From: Phaeosaccion multiseriatum
Taxonomy: Eukaryota; Protista; Ochrophyta, other classes
NCBI GenBank assembly: GCA_965112735.1
Contig: OZ218964.1
Location: forward strand, 1,240,001 to 1,304,000
Length of the DNA stretch: 64,000 nt
Reading direction: 5' to 3'
The position numbers were made by a program, and so were the translations under genes. Positions 11,175 through 24,961 of the stretch are shown one piece after another. Positions within the stretch are counted from its first letter, which is position 1; each line of letters starts with the position of its first letter. The notes under the pieces were generated by a model, which saw only the letters and a program-made list of their open reading frames with translations, had not been told where the DNA came from and made no database searches.

Positions 11175-13113
11175 TGAGCATAGAGAGGCAAGCATCTCAG
11201 TCAGTCAGTTTGGAAGTACATGGAAGCAGACAAATACACACACACACGTACACACCGCACACGTACATGCACGTTGGAGTTGCACACGACAATGGCCAGG
11301 CCCGGATCGTCAAGCTTCACGTGCTTGGTCTCGTAGCTGCGGCAATCCACGAGCAGGGCGGTGCCCGTCTCGCCCATGACGGAGATGAACTGATCCATGA
11401 TGCCGCAGGGGTTACCAGCGAAGGTGTGCTCCGCCTGTTGGCAGCTGTTGGTGTGGAAGGGAGGGGGAGGGGAGGGAAGCAGGCGGAGGGAAGGAGGCGG
11501 AGGGGAGGGGAGGGTAAGGGGCTTACGGGGTTGAGGGGATGGGACGGGGGTGGTGGTGGGTAGGCTGTGTACAATTGAAGAAGAAAAAGGGGCGGGGGGA
11601 GGGGGGGAAGGTTGCCTATGGCATGACTTACCGCAGAGCCTTGGCCTCCCCCGGGGTGGAGACTTGCAGCACCTCGTCCAGGAAAGTCGCAATGGCCACC
11701 TAGGGGGTGGGGAGGGAGGGAGGGAGGGAGGGAGGGGAGGGAGTGAGAGAGGGAGAACAGAGGTGAACAAGAGAGAGTGGGGAGGGGGGAACGGCTTAAG
11801 ACGGGTGTAGTAGTATGCTTGACTTCTAGGAAATCAAGCGTGTAGTAGTATGCTTGACTTCTAGGAAATCAAGCCCACCTCAGCAGCAGCAGTAGCAGCA
11901 GCAGCAGCAGCGCCGGGAGAGTAAGTTTCCCCTCCTCCTCCTTCTCCCTCTTCTCTCTCTCTCTCCCTGCCCTTCCTCCTCATCTCTCTTCTTTTGTCTC
12001 CCTCTACTCTCTGTGTGAGTGCTTTCCTCCTCTCTCTCTCTCTCTCTGTATGTGTGTGCCTTCTCTCTCTCTCTCTGTGGGCTCTGCTCTGACCTCGAGG
12101 GCTGCAGAGCTTGACAGTCCGCCCCCGAGAGGGACGCTTGATGCGATGGCCACTTCGAACGACAGCGTGTGATTCGCAGGAATGTCCTGCAAGTACTGGA
12201 ACACAACGCCCTGATAAAGGATGAGAGGGAGGGAGGGAGGGAGGGAGGGAGGGAGGGAGGGAGGGAGGGAGGGAGGGAGGGAGGGAGGGAGGGAGGGAGG
12301 GAGGGAGGGAGGGAGGGAGGGAGGGAGGGAGGGAGAAGGAAGGAAGGCGATAGATTGGCAGGACGAATACGACGGGATGGAGAAAAGAAGGTGAAAGATC
12401 GGCAGGAGGGAGTGTGAATGAGGAGCGTGCGTGACAGTTGGGAGGGGGTGGGGGGACTCAAGGACAAGTGGCGATTGGCACACCATAGTGATAACTCTCC
12501 TTTCACCTTGACATTGCGTGACTAGCAGTCAAGAGTAAACAGATGCCAAGCATAAAGGCTCTTCCCGCTCCTCTCCTCTTACCTTGACGTAGTTTCCCCA
12601 CTTTGGCGATCCGGGCTTCAGGTCCTCGCTGGCCACAAACTCCACCACCTCTGCCTCGCCTAGTCCCGCCGCGTCTGAGACGATCTTGCAGACTGCACAC
12701 ATCACGGAGGGTGGGGGAGGGTTGCTGCTCAGTGTACAGTACACTAAATGAGGTGCAAGAGAGAGCCTCTCCGACTTCCGTCACCACTCACCTGGCGGCT
12801 GCTGTTCCTCCCCTTCATCCTTCTTTGCACCGCCCCACAGGGCACTCAGTATCCCCGGCTTCGCTGGGTTGGGCGTGAGCTTCCCTCTTCCGTACACCAC
12901 ACACTCCTTCTCCAGGGCCATGGGAAGCACGAAGCCTCCGCTGTAGTCCGTGTGCTCGCCGATCAGGTTGACGCGCCCAGGCGCCTTGCAGATGATCACG
13001 TCTCCACTGCTGTCGGCCCTGCCCCCCCCAAAAGTCGCTTCGAAGAGAGTCTTGGCGTCATCAACCACGGGGCCGTGGCTGGGCTGGCTTGCTTCGGAGT
13101 CTGAAGGCGTCAT
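9443..13113 (-). CDS. GALK: Galactokinase (GHMP kinase), multi-exon, with C-terminal hydrophobic extension
   Basis: [24 protein letters not shown] (13113-12793), [66 protein letters not shown]|[17 protein letters not shown]|GCTVSLV. Stop at 9443. Confidence 0.95.
9925..10172. repeat. (CA)n-type microsatellite filling a GALK intron
   Basis: Direct tract; reads (GT)n after the donor in transcript sense. Confidence 0.9.
10325..10620. repeat. Intronic minisatellite (~77-bp period) built from degenerate copies of the adjacent GALK exon start plus TTAGGG units
   Basis: Repeated GATATCAACGAGCAG resembles exon sequence GATATCCACGAGCAGGTCCAG (10248-10268), with interspersed GGGTTAGGGTTAG. Confidence 0.8.
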
Positions 13114-13284
13114 ACTTGTTGTCCACCGCTGTATACTGGGAGGAAAGAACACTGAATGAAGGCAGAGGGTAAGGAGGAGGGGGGAAGGAAAGAGGACGAC
13201 ACGATAAAGCACCGTCAGGCGCCTAAGAGTAAAAAAAATGTGCTCTTTGGACTTTGGAGGGGGGGGGGAGGCAGAGCCAAAGCT

Positions 13285-13949
13285 ATGAAAGGAGGAGGCA
13301 CGGGAGGGGAGGGGGAGGAAAGGCGGCGCTTGATCGAGGACCTTCCTCTGATGATGTACGGCTTCGGGGACGCGCCGGAGCCGCTGCAGGAGACAAAGGA
13401 GCTGCTGGAGGGCATGGTGGAGACGTACCTGAGGGAGACGGTGGAGGAGGTACTAAAGGTGAAGAAGGTGCGTGCGTGTTGCGAGAGGGGGGGCATAGCG
13501 GAGAAGGAATGGGGCGCTGCGCCTCAGACGACCACACTCCTCCTTAAGGGGATACATGGACTCTGGTTCGTTTATTGGAGCCAACAGGTCTTTATCCCCA
13601 AACTTCTCCCCGTCTCTCTCCCAATTCAGGGCCGATTGGACACAGATACGGTAACGTTCCTGGTCCGCAATGAGCCTGAGAAGTATGATCGCCTCCGGGA
13701 GCTGCTGAATCGCAACAAGGAGATCCACGAGGTACATCGTCGTTGAAAGGGGTGCGGCCATCCGCAAGTTCGCTGTCTCTAGGACCAGCGCCAGGCACAC
13801 CTCACTCTCGATGGGCGAATTCATTCATGTATCCCCCAGCAAAGATGTCTTCTGACAACCTGTCCGCCGCGCCCCCCCCCCCCTTCTCTCTCTCTCTCTC
13901 CTTCCTTCAGCTCACCAAGCTCAAAATGACAGGCATCGCTCCTCCATAG
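13285..13949 (+). CDS. TAF13: Transcription initiation factor TFIID subunit 13 (histone-fold)
   Basis: Exons 13285(or 13156)-13467 ([30 protein letters not shown]), 13630-13731 ([17 protein letters not shown]), 13911-13949. Start codon uncertain. Confidence 0.88.
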
Positions 13950-14739
13950 GCCGCGCGGCCGCCCAAGCTTTGTTGTTATTACAGTAGTGCCCGCACGAGG
14001 GAGCGTTCGGAAGGTTGCGCGAGTCGCGGAGTTTTGGACTACTTTCTTCGACTCTTGGACTCTGGGGTGAGGGCTTGGTGGTCCAGCTGGGCGACGTTGA
14101 TACTTCTTTCAGTGTGAGGCGAGATGAGGTTGTAAAGATGGACAACAAGCCCTCCCTTGCACGTCCTTTGGCACACGCCAAGGCTGCCAAGGCAGGTGTA
14201 CTCAAGAAGCGGTGGGACGGTGGACCCAGCTGAGCGAGCACAGGACACAACGGGGAGAAGGAGACGAGAGGTGTGCGCCTTACCACTTGGCAGCAGCTGC
14301 TGCTGATACTGCTGCTGCTGATGCTGCTGCTGCTGATGCTGCTGCTGCTCTAACGGGGACCAGAGCTGCCACACACAAAGCACGTGTGGGGCAGGCAGGG
14401 CAAAAGAGGAAGAGGGCCGGGGTGACTCGCCGCAGGTGACAACACAGCAGCAGCCACCTTAGCTCTTGTACACAACACAGCAGCAGCCACCTTAGCTCTT
14501 GTACACTCCACCCTGCCCACTCTCCTCCCTCCTCGCGTCCATCGGCGGCATGAGTAGGGGGAAGAGAAAACAGAAAGAATGGCGCTACCAAGTGACCCTT
14601 GCTTTATTAAACCTTGAAACCAAAAGGCCCCCCTTGACTCTTACATCAAGAGCGGCAATGTAGCCTCAAAAGGTGAAACAAAGCGTGAGACACGAGAACC
14701 CCATGTAGAGAGAGAGAGAGGTCGACATTAGGTCGACAT

Positions 14740-17371
14740 TTACGCGTCCTCGGCAGCACGGATGCCAGCCTTCTTCTCGGCGGCACGAGCCTTCCTGTCC
14801 TCGAGGGTCGACTTGCCCTTTCGCTTGTACGACTTGTCGATGTCGGTGAACTCCTTCTTCGCGGGGGCGGTGGGGTCCTCACGAATCTTCTCATGCACCT
14901 CGGTCAGGACGTCCTCGAGTCCGTCGGCGTCGATACCCTGTGAGTTGAGAGCAAGTTGCGTGAGGTATTGCAACCAAAAGGAAAAGACAAAAGAGATGAC
15001 CTCCGCCTCCTCCTCCTCCTCCTCTCCTCCTCCTCCTCCTCCTCCTCCTCCTCCTCCTCCTCCTCTCTTCCTCCTCCTCCTCTCCTCCTCACTCACCGCC
15101 TCGATGTACTTGGCGAAGTGAGTCTTGTACATGCCCTCGTCTTCCTCCGCCAGGTACTCCATGTACTCGGACACGTGTGCGCCCATGATGCGGTCTCTGT
15201 GCACCTCGGCCTCGTACTTCTTGGTGTCGCGGTCGTAACCTGTGTGTTTGCAGTTCGTGGTGGTGGTTGGTTGGTGGTCAGTGCGGTGGGTTTGATTCAG
15301 TCAGACAGTGAGTCAGTGGTCAGCTAAGTAAGTCAGTGGTCAGCTAAGTAAGTCAGTGAGTTTAAGTGGGGTGAGTGAGTGAGTCCGTAAGAGAAGGCGG
15401 GCTTTGCTTACTGAGGGCGGGGGTGTAAGGATGAACACAAGAGTGTGTACCGTGCTTTTTCCCGAAGGCCAAAAAAAAGGCCAAGTCGGTGGGTCTCGAC
15501 AAAGGACACACACACACCCTTCACACACAGTGCAACACGCACACACACACACACACGCACGCACCAGGGAATCGCTTCTCGGAGTGGGGAATGTCAAGAC
15601 CTCCGTCGGCGGCTCCCTTGAGGGCCCCGAAGCAGCGCTGGCCCGTCGAGGTGGCCACGATACCCACGTCGAGGAGGGCACGGAAGGGGCGCTTGTCGTC
15701 ATCCACCTCCTCCACGAAGTACGTGCGTCCGTTCATCTCCGTCTTAATCACCTCGCCTGTTACGGGAAGGGAGGGGGTGGTGGCGTGTATGTGGGGTTGT
15801 GGTGAGTCCGGAACCCGCCAGCCACCTCCCCGGCCAGGCCAGCACGAGCATACCCCAACCGATGCCAAGCAAGCTTCTCTCCCTCTTCCTCCCCTCCTCC
15901 CGGTGTCAGGACTCAGGCGCCTCCCTCCACCCCTCCCTCCACCTCTCTGCCCTTCAGGAAGGAGCCCATTCGCCCTCCTCGCCTGGCCGGCCTGCCTGCT
16001 GTGCTCTCCACCCTCTCTGCTCTCCACCCTCTCCCCTCTCCACCCTCTCCACCCTCCCCTCCCCCTCCCCCACTCCCCCCACGTCTCTTACTTTCACCTC
16101 TCCCCTCTCCTCCACTCCCTCCACCCTTTCCCCGCTGCACTCACCCGTGACGTCATCGCCGGTCTGTCCCTCGTAAGTCTGGTCAAGGCCGAGCTTGTTG
16201 AGCAGCCTTCGCGCGACGAGCAGGCCGGTGCAGTAGGAAGCAGAGTAGTTCTTGAGTCCAACAGTCAGCCCGTAGCGGGGCAGCTCAGAGCTGGTGGCTT
16301 GGCACAGCACCTTCGTTCCGGGGAGGGGGGAAGGGCAGGAGAGGGGAGGAAGAGGGGCAGTTAAATAATACTGAGAATGGAAAGTCTCTCATGTTTGCTT
16401 GGCCCACTTTTACATGACGGCGAGGGAGTCAGTACAGTTGAAGTAAGTCTGTAACGGGACGTGAAGATAGCTTGAGAAGCTCTTTCCAGTATGATGGTGT
16501 GCGGACTTGTTGCCCGTTGGCTTACCTTGTCTCCCTCAATGGAGGCGGCTACGATCTGGCACAGCACATACTTGTTGCTGAATCGCACCACAAGGCGGAA
16601 ACGGGGAGAGTTGTACTTGTTCTTATCCTGGGTGATCTGCGTGTCCAGAACGAGGGGGTGGGGGTCAAGTCGGCCAGACAAAAGGGTGTGAGCGGGGGGG
16701 GCAGGGCGGCTGGGCTTCGCTCTAGGATCCTGCTGTTGAGCCTGAGAGTAGAGTCGTGCAAAGGCAGGCAGCGCAGTGCTACCACTGCTGGCACACATTC
16801 TTTGCACCACCGTGGAGTGTACACTCTACACGTACCAGGCGCTTGCGAGCACGGTAGTCGGTCTTTCCCTCGCGACGACGACGGAACTTGACCTGGTACC
16901 TCTTAAAGTACGCCTTGGTCTTGATTTCCTTGACGAAAGGCTGTCGTGGATGTGCAAGAGGGGCGGAACGAGGGACGAGGGGAAAAACATGGGGTTAAGG
17001 ACACGCGCTGAGCAATGGCTTTCTCCAGTAGCTCGGGAGAAGTGCGCAACAGACGTCCCTAGGCAAATCTCCCATCTCATCCGGGGAGTGGCGTGTCAAC
17101 TTTTACCCTCCCTTTAAGACATGCTCAGGCCGAGGCAGGGCTGCTCCATCAGCCGTCCCTACGTTCAGAGCTGCTGTGAATGCCGATGATTCCCAAGTCC
17201 CTCCTGACCCCTTTTCCTTCTGCTGCTGCTGCTGCTACTGCTTGTGCTGTCACCGCCTCGGAAGTCTCGTGGGAAGCGGCTCCAACGTCAAATTCATCCA
17301 GCTAGCTCACATCCCCTCCCATCTGCACCCAAAATGGGTCCTGTCAAACCCGGCAGCCTCTCCCTTACCAT
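14740..17371 (-). CDS. RPL5: 60S ribosomal protein L5 (uL18)
   Basis: ATG-only first exon 17371-17369 (ACCATG|gtaagg), then [29 protein letters not shown] (from 16940), [78 protein letters not shown]. Stop at 14740. Confidence 0.98.
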
Positions 17372-17554
17372 GGTATCCCTCTCTCTCTCCGAATGAGCGC
17401 AGGCCACCAAACACCAAAATCGAGTTGCACCCCTGGGGTACGTCCACGCCAGCGCGGAAACGAGTGTGTCCACAGGAGCTTCACGCCAGCGCGGAAATGA
17501 GCGTAACTGTGAAATCGTGAGGAATATTGTGGAGAGGAGAGCGCGAAGAGCAGG

Positions 17555-19621
17555 ATGATTGATGACTTTCTGGTTGCGCTGAAGGGCAGCAGCCCAGGGG
17601 AAGGGAAGCGTGGTCTGTCGAAGGCCATCAAGTCGCTGATAGCCGCCGTGAAAGAGGCCAAGAAGGCAGGAGAGCAGACCATTACAGGCATTCGGATGCC
17701 TAAGCACGAAGAGCTGCTGGTGGATGACGACGACGTCGAGGTGAGCAAGGGAAGAACCTAGTTGTAGGGGGTCGGAACTGAGCTCAGCAGCCGTCCCTCT
17801 TTGAATGTGAAGGACCCAAGAAGCAGCGACACTGGACTCGAAGGCAGGGCGTGTGCGTTGATCCCCGCGCGCCCCTCATGTCTCGGTGGCCCTTGTTGCT
17901 GTTATTGTTGTTGCTGCTGCTGCTGTCACCACCCCCTTGGCTTCTTTACCAGACCATTGTCAACTGCCTCATAGCAACGGGGATGCCCATCGAGGAGCTC
18001 AACCTCGCCAACAACGACATTGGAGACGCAGGTGTGGCCTCCGTGTCGCGCTTGCTGGGCGATGAGCCTGGGTACGCATGCAACCTCCACACACTGGACC
18101 TGCACGGGAACTGCATAGGAGCAAAGGGGTCGCAGCTGCTCGCCGACAAGCTGTGCTTGAATTCAACCCTCGCCAGCCTGGATATGAGCTGGAACGCAAT
18201 CGGTGCGTGCGTTTGGAAGAGCGACAAAGCCCCCGCTAGAAACGAATGAATAGGGCAAGCAGCTGACATAAGCTACCCACCAGCAAGTGATTGACTCCCT
18301 CCCTCCCAGCCTCCGACCGCTTTCCAATCCCCTTCCCTCCTCGCTCCTCGGATCCTTGCTCCTCAAACCCACCCACTTAGGCCTGACCGGTGGGCTGCAC
18401 ATGGCGGCTATGCTGGAAAGCAACGTCGGCCTCACCAGTTTGCACCTCAACAAAGCCGACTTGACGGACGCGGGAGTCATTGCCCTGGCGGCGGCTTTGA
18501 GGTAAGGAAAGACCGATAGGGCGTGAGGCACGCGGCCTGAGGAGAGAGGGGGCGGCGGACGGTGCCTGCGTATCTCAGCTTTTGACCTCCTCTCTACTCG
18601 TCTGTCAAGTGCGTGTGTGTGTGCGTGTGTGTGCGTATATGTATGTGTGTGAATGTGTGTATGTGAGAGGTCCTCCCCATATCCGAGGCAGCACGTGGAC
18701 GAAGAGCCAAGCCATGACTCAAAGGGCCCTCGGAACCGTGTACTCCCAACCCAGAGGAGTCCATTGAAGTCAATGAAGTCGCCTTCTCATTCCAAACAAA
18801 TGCCCCCCCGCATCCCCACCCCCCCTTTCCCCTCCCTCCACGGCCCCACTGGCCGCAGACACAACAATTGCTCTTTGAAGGAGCTGGGCATGAGCGGTCA
18901 GCATATCCGCTCAAAGCAGGAAGACTTCTGCAAGCACATCGCTCGCATGCTCGTCACCAACCGCAGTATCGAGGCCCTGTACCTGAGCAAGTGTGGAATT
19001 GGCGACGACGGTGCAAGCATGATTCGAGAGGCGCTCGTGGAGGGATCCAATGACGTCCTGCGCGCACTAGACCTGTCCTCAAACGAGATTGGCACCACGG
19101 GAGGAGAGGCTCTGGCCAAGCTACTCATGGAGCAATTCTCTTGCCTCGAGTACCTCGACCTTCGCTGCAATCGCATCGGAGATGGGGCGCTGGCCTTCGA
19201 GAGCGTGCTCGCCTGTAGACACAGCAGACTCAAGGTATTGGACTTGTCATGGAATGGCATTGAAGAGCCGGGCCTCTGTGCAATGGGGAGGGGTATGGAG
19301 CGTAACGCTTCCCTCTCCGAGCTTCACTTGTGGGGTAACCATTGGGGGAAGAGGAGCCTTTCCACTCTACACGCGCTGCTGGAGGGGCGCTTCGCTCTCA
19401 CGGGCGTGCAAGTGGACTGCAAGCCTTACGTGGTGGATGGTACGTATATGGTCGCGCAGACGGCGATTGTGGGCAGGAGGAAGATGAAGATGATGGTGGT
19501 TGGGGGGAGTGGCAGCAACCCTGATCCACACGCCGAGAAGCTGAACGGAGGAGGAGGAGGAGCGATGGAGAGTGACGAGGAGCGATCACTGGCACAGGAG
19601 AATAGTATAATGGTAGAGTAG
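17555..19621 (+). CDS. RNI-like leucine-rich repeat protein, LRRC34-like
   Basis: Exons ~17555-17740, 17953-18202, 18381-18501, 18859-19621. RI-type repeats (LNLANNDIGDAG, LDLHGNCIGAKG, LDLSSNEIGTTG). C-terminal LWGNHW...KPYVVDG resembles the LRRC34 tail. Confidence 0.8.
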
Positions 19622-20038
19622 GCGGTGCCAAAGCGAGTGAGTGAGTGATTCTGAGAGGTTGAGAGGAGAGAACAACAACAACTCAAACTCAAACTCAAAC
19701 AAGGCTGTACAAACACGACTACGAATTATCATTTGGACTTTGTATTCACAAGGCTGTACAAACACGACTACGAATTATCATTTGGACTTTGTATTCATTC
19801 ATTAACGAGACTCGCACGAGATGAGACTTGGGCACACAGCATCTATCTCCCCGTACGCCTGGCAATGGCAATGCTTTGTGCAGGAGGAAAGCAAGCAAGC
19901 ATGCATGGCTGAAGGCTTCGTGGCATGAGGAGGGTAGGCAGGGAGGGAGACAAAGGAAAGAGAGCCGCGTTGCATGAGACGGCAAGCTTCGCCCTGCCCA
20001 AATTGCCTCTATCTCTCCCAATTCTCGACTCGTATTTC

Positions 20039-22212
20039 CTATCTCTTCTTCTTGCCCTTCTTGCCGGCCTTCTTACCCGCCGCCACCCCCATCCCCATTC
20101 CCTTGGGCTTGCCCAATACCGTCGCCGCGGCCGCTGTGGAGTCATCACCTCCCCCCTCCTGCCTCTTCGGCCCTGCCGCCGCTGACCTCGTGTCCGCCCA
20201 CGCCACCAGCTCGGCCATTGTACTCTCCAGCTGAGCGAAGTAGGGCTGCGCCGGCACAGGGGGGTGGGGATGGGTAGATCGAGGCACAGTCATTAGAGAC
20301 ACACACGCTGAGACAGACAGACAGACATAGATGCAGACAAAGACATTTGAAGAGAGTCCTCCCCTAGTGTAAGCGAAGCTGACATGCACCTTCATCCATT
20401 GACATACTACACCCACCCATTGACATGCTATACCCACCCATTGGGTGGGTGAGGGGCAGGGCACTCCTTCTGTCCAGACGTTCCGCTCTCCCCTTCCCTC
20501 CCCTTTCCATGCCGCCATCCCTCCCTCCCTCCCTCCCTCCCTCCCTCCCTCCTTCCATCCCTCCCTCCGCTCCCCTCCCTCCCTCTCTCCCCTCACCTTC
20601 GATCTAAAGTAGCTCAGGTCCATTGGCACCTCCGCAAGCTTGTAAAACACATCCGCGTACATGTTTTGATGAATGTCCAAAATCTTTGCGTGGTGCGCCA
20701 ACAGCCTCTCCGCCACCTCCCTCACCCCCTCGGCGCTGTCTCCTCCTGCTGCTGCCCCTACTGTATCACCAACACCTGCACCTGCTGCTCCTGCTACCAC
20801 CTTGCTATCGCCCAGTGCTGCCAGCACCTCCTCGCGTGACTTCCCCGCCCATCGCTCAGGCTCGGCATCTTGCATCCTTTGCACCACTGCGCCAAGCATC
20901 TCGTCTACCACTGCTCTCTGCATGTCTCTCCAGGAATGGTGTCTGGACATGATGCCCGCTGCGAGGAAGCCCACGGGAATGGTCTCCTGAGAAGGAGGGG
21001 AAGACAGGAGACGGGGGGCCGGAGGAGAGGGGAGGAGAGGAGAGGAGAGGAGAGGAGAGGAGAGGAGAGGAGAGGAGCGGAGAGGAGAGGAGAGGGGAGG
21101 GGGGGAGAGGAGAGGGGAGGGGAGGAGAGGAGAGGAGAGGAGAGGAGAGGAGAGGAGAGGAGAGGAGAGGAGAGGAGAGGAGAGGAGAGGAGAGGAGAGG
21201 AGAGGAGAGGAGAGGAGAGGAGAGGGGAGGAGAGGGGAGGAGAGAGGAGGAGAGGGGAGGAGAGGGGAGGGGGGGAGAGGAGAGGGGAGGAGAGTGAGCC
21301 CCCACCACAAAAGGAAAGGTCAAGGGTACAGCAAAGACTTTCGGTGCGGGTCGGACGGGGCGAAAGGAGGGGGGTTGGTAAGTTCACTCACTCACTCACT
21401 CACTCACTCACTCACTCACTCACTCACTGACTCACTCACTCACACACTCACTCACTCACTCACTCACTCACTGACTCACTCACTCACTCACTGACTCACT
21501 CACTCACTCACTCACTGACTCACTGACTCACTCACTCACTCACTCACTGACTCACTGACTCACTGACTCACTGACTCACTCACTCACCCACTCACTCACT
21601 CACCCACTCACCCACTCACTCACTCACTCACTCACTCACTGACTCACTCACTCACTCACTCACTGACTGACTGACTCACTCACTCACTGACTCACTGACT
21701 CACTTACTCACTCACTCACTCACTCACTCACTCACTCACTCACTCACTCACTCACTCTCTCACCTGCAGCCTCCAGTACACTGGTGGACTGAGAGATGTA
21801 CTCTTTACTCCTGCAAGGGGGTCCTGTGAAGGGGAAGATGGCACAGACACATTGGAGGGGAGGGGAAGCAGAGGGTCAGGCTTAGGAGTGTTTCACGCTT
21901 GCTCTCTTGTCTGTCCACGCCACGAAGGACCTGCGGAGGAGGAGGAGGAGGAGGAGGAGGAGGAGGAGAAGAAGAAGGAGGAGCAGCAGCAGGAGGAGGA
22001 GGAGGAGTAGAAGGAGAAGGAGAAGGAGAAGGAGGAGGACTGACCTTCAAGCCCATCCTCTTGAGGGAGTACTCCCGAAGAGCGGCGAAGTTGAGTCCCC
22101 ACACGTGTGTGTCAAGCCCGACTGTGAGGTGCACAGAGGGGTCGGTTTCGTCCTCCATGTTGGTGACGGTGTCGGTGGTATGGGGAAAGCCTGCGGGCAT
22201 GTATAGCATCTG

Positions 22213-22246
<34 letters not shown>

Positions 22247-22985
22247 CACGCACACACACAAGGAGGGGAGAGGAGGGAGGGGAGGGAGGGAGGGAGGGAG
22301 GGAGGACGCTGAGGTGAGAGAGACAGAGACAAGGAGATAACCAGCCCCCCAGGCTGTCGACTCTTCTTGTAGCAGCACCGTACCACACGCACACAAGTAG
22401 CGTCTTGACTCCCCACCTCCACCTCCATCGAGCACAGCGCAGGGGGGCTCCCCTCGGCTCCCCTCCCCTCCCCTCCCCTCCCCTCCCCCCTGCCCTGACG
22501 CCCCAACCGCCCTTCAGTCCCCCTATTGCTGCTGCATCCCTACCGACCTGCCCCGGCTGCAGCACTGTGTCTATGAGCGGCTCCTGCATCTCTGTGATGG
22601 ACAAGACGTCCTTTCCCTTTCCCCTCGTCATTGGGTCCACGGATGGTCGAAGGGCGGGGGGTGGGGGTGCATACACTCTCCAGCGCTTCCGACCCTGGGT
22701 CTGTTTGGAGTGTGTGTTGTGGGTTATGTACGACCAACACGAAGGGCACGCAGGGGGAGGGTGTTTGATTGTTTGTTTGAGTGTTTGTCTGTGCGTGTGT
22801 GCGTGTACGTATATGTGAGGCAGAGAGTGTATGTGAGCGCGTGAGCGTGTGTGTGTACGTGTGTGTGCGTGCGTGTGTGTTTGAGTGTGAGGTGTGAGAG
22901 TATGAGTGAATGTGTGTGTGCGCGTGTGTGTGTATGAGTGTGTGTGTGTGCGTGTGTGTGTGTGCGCGCGTGTGCGTGTGTGTGC

Positions 22986-23017
<32 letters not shown>

Positions 23018-23040
23018 ATAGTGTGTGTGTGTGTGTGTGC

Positions 23041-23072
<32 letters not shown>

Positions 23073-24961
23073 ATATGAGTGTGTGTGTATGAGTGTGTGT
23101 GCGTGTGTACGTACACACGCACGTACCTGCATGACGAAAACGTCCTGTTTGTCCGTGTGCGGGGGCGCGCTCGTGGTCTGCCCCGGGGCGGTAATGTAGA
23201 GGTTGATCCCAACAGGGACGTCCCACGCATGCACACATCCCAGGCACACACCGGCCAGAGGCGGCATGTAGGCACCCGCGCTGAGGAGGATCAGGAGGAC
23301 GAGAGGGGGGGGGGGCGGAATGTTCGGTTACAGTTGATTAGACCTTGACCAATGTCGATCCCACTACCGGGAAAGGGTAATGGGTGCGGTCCAAATAAAC
23401 GGATACTGGGCAGGTGTGCATTAGAGGCATATGGGCAGGGGTGCAGAAGAGGCATATGGGCAACTCCGTAAGAAATAATATAGTACTACGTAGTGGTACG
23501 TACCTGTTGACCACGACGGTGCCGCTCCTCTCCTTGAGGGCGGCCTCCACATCTTCGAAGCGAAGCTTGGCATCCTCGAAGCCCTTGCCGCGAGGCTGAC
23601 AGGTGAGGGAGGGAGGGAGGAAGGGAGGGAGAGGGAGGAAGGGAGTGAGAGGGGTGGAGGAGGGAGGAGGGAGGGAGGGAGGGAGGGAGGGACAGGGGAA
23701 GGGGGAAGGGAGGGAGCGAGAAAGAGAGAAGGGGGGGGGGGGGGGGGGAGGGAGGGAGAGGGGCGAGGGTGTGGGAGGCGGAGTGATGGGCTTGGCGATT
23801 CCCTGACTTAGGAACCATACCCTTCACCCCCCCCCTCATCACTCGCTCTCTCTGCGGTTCCTTCCTTACCGCAGACACAGTTGCCATTCTCCAGCCGCTC
23901 TTTCCCTCCTTGAATGTGCCCCTCCCTGTTGGGTTCAGCGGGCGGCGGAGCAGGCAAAGGATGCATACAGAAGGGCGAAACGACGACGACGACGAGGAGG
24001 AGGAGGAGGAGGAGGGGGAGGAGGAGGAGGAGGAGGAGAAGGAGAAGGAGGAGGAGGAGGAGGAGGAGGAGGAGGAGGAGGAGGAGGGGGAGGAGGAGGA
24101 GGAGGAGGAGGAGGAGAAGGAGGAGAAGGAGGAGAAGGAGGAGGAGGAGGAGGAGGAGGAGGACAAGTCAGCAGGACCTGATCATGAGTCCAACCAAATC
24201 GTCTTCTCAGCATGTACTACGTCGTCGACGCTACAAGGCGAGTCCCCCCCCCCCTCCTCCTTCCCTCCCTCTCTTGGCTACTTGCCTGCCTCCAGGAAGT
24301 CTGCGTCCACCACCTCCTTCATCTCCTTCATGGTGAAGGCCTGGACGAGGCAAGCAAGCGGCTCTACGACGAGTAGGGGCTGCTTCTGCCAGAAGTCCTC
24401 TAGAAACACTGGGTCTGTGGCCAGGGCTTTCATGAATGGCTCCACCGCCAGAGGGCCGCTTGCTGTGGGAGAGTGGTGGAGCGGGTGAGGGAGGGAGGGA
24501 GGGAGGGAGGGAGGGAGGGAAGGGAGGAGGAAAGGGACGGGGGGAATGAGACAAGTACCTCTCTCCCTTACACGAGTACTTCAAAGGGAGGGGGGTTGGC
24601 GAAGATCATGTGCAGAGGTCGGAGGCTGCCACTCACCAAGCGCTGCCTTGTACAGCTTTGCCCCGATGCTCATGGGCGCATAGTCTGGAGGGGTAAAGTC
24701 CTCGAGAGCTTGCTGCTCCACATCCTCCTCCCCCACGCCTTCCATCGCCGACGCATTTAGGATGGATGGCGAGCAAAGTCGAACTGCCAACGACGGCGCC
24801 GATGTGCGTGACAAAGCTACGGAAGGGAGTGCCGCCGAAGATTTTCGGATGTAGTGCTTCCGATCGGCGAGATTTGCAGGTAGATTAACCGGGGTGAAGG
24901 AAGATACTAAGCCAGAGAGGAGGGAGAGTTGAAGGGGGAGGATGAAGCAAGGGCCCATCAT
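20039..24961 (-). CDS. JmjC-domain 2-oxoglutarate/Fe(II) oxygenase (RIOX/NO66/YcfD, cupin_4-like) with probable bipartite plastid presequence
   Basis: About 10 exons: [20 protein letters not shown]...[14 protein letters not shown]|[15 protein letters not shown]|[10 protein letters not shown] (HxD...H triad), SVHLTVG. N-terminus [24 protein letters not shown]. One GC donor at 24284-24285. Confidence 0.88.
21020..21757. repeat. Compound (GGAGA)n and (CACT)n tracts filling one JmjC intron
   Basis: In transcript sense, (GAGT)n follows the donor at ~21762 and (CTCCT)n precedes the acceptor at ~20988. Confidence 0.9.

Noticed and set aside
13986-14233. Short non-repetitive ORF downstream of TAF13
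   Set aside because: No ATG start or recognisable motif; it may be UTR or an alternative exon.
14740-17371. Intronic snoRNAs in RPL5
   Set aside because: No convincing C/D or H/ACA box pair with terminal stem was found by eye; an Infernal/snoscan search is needed.
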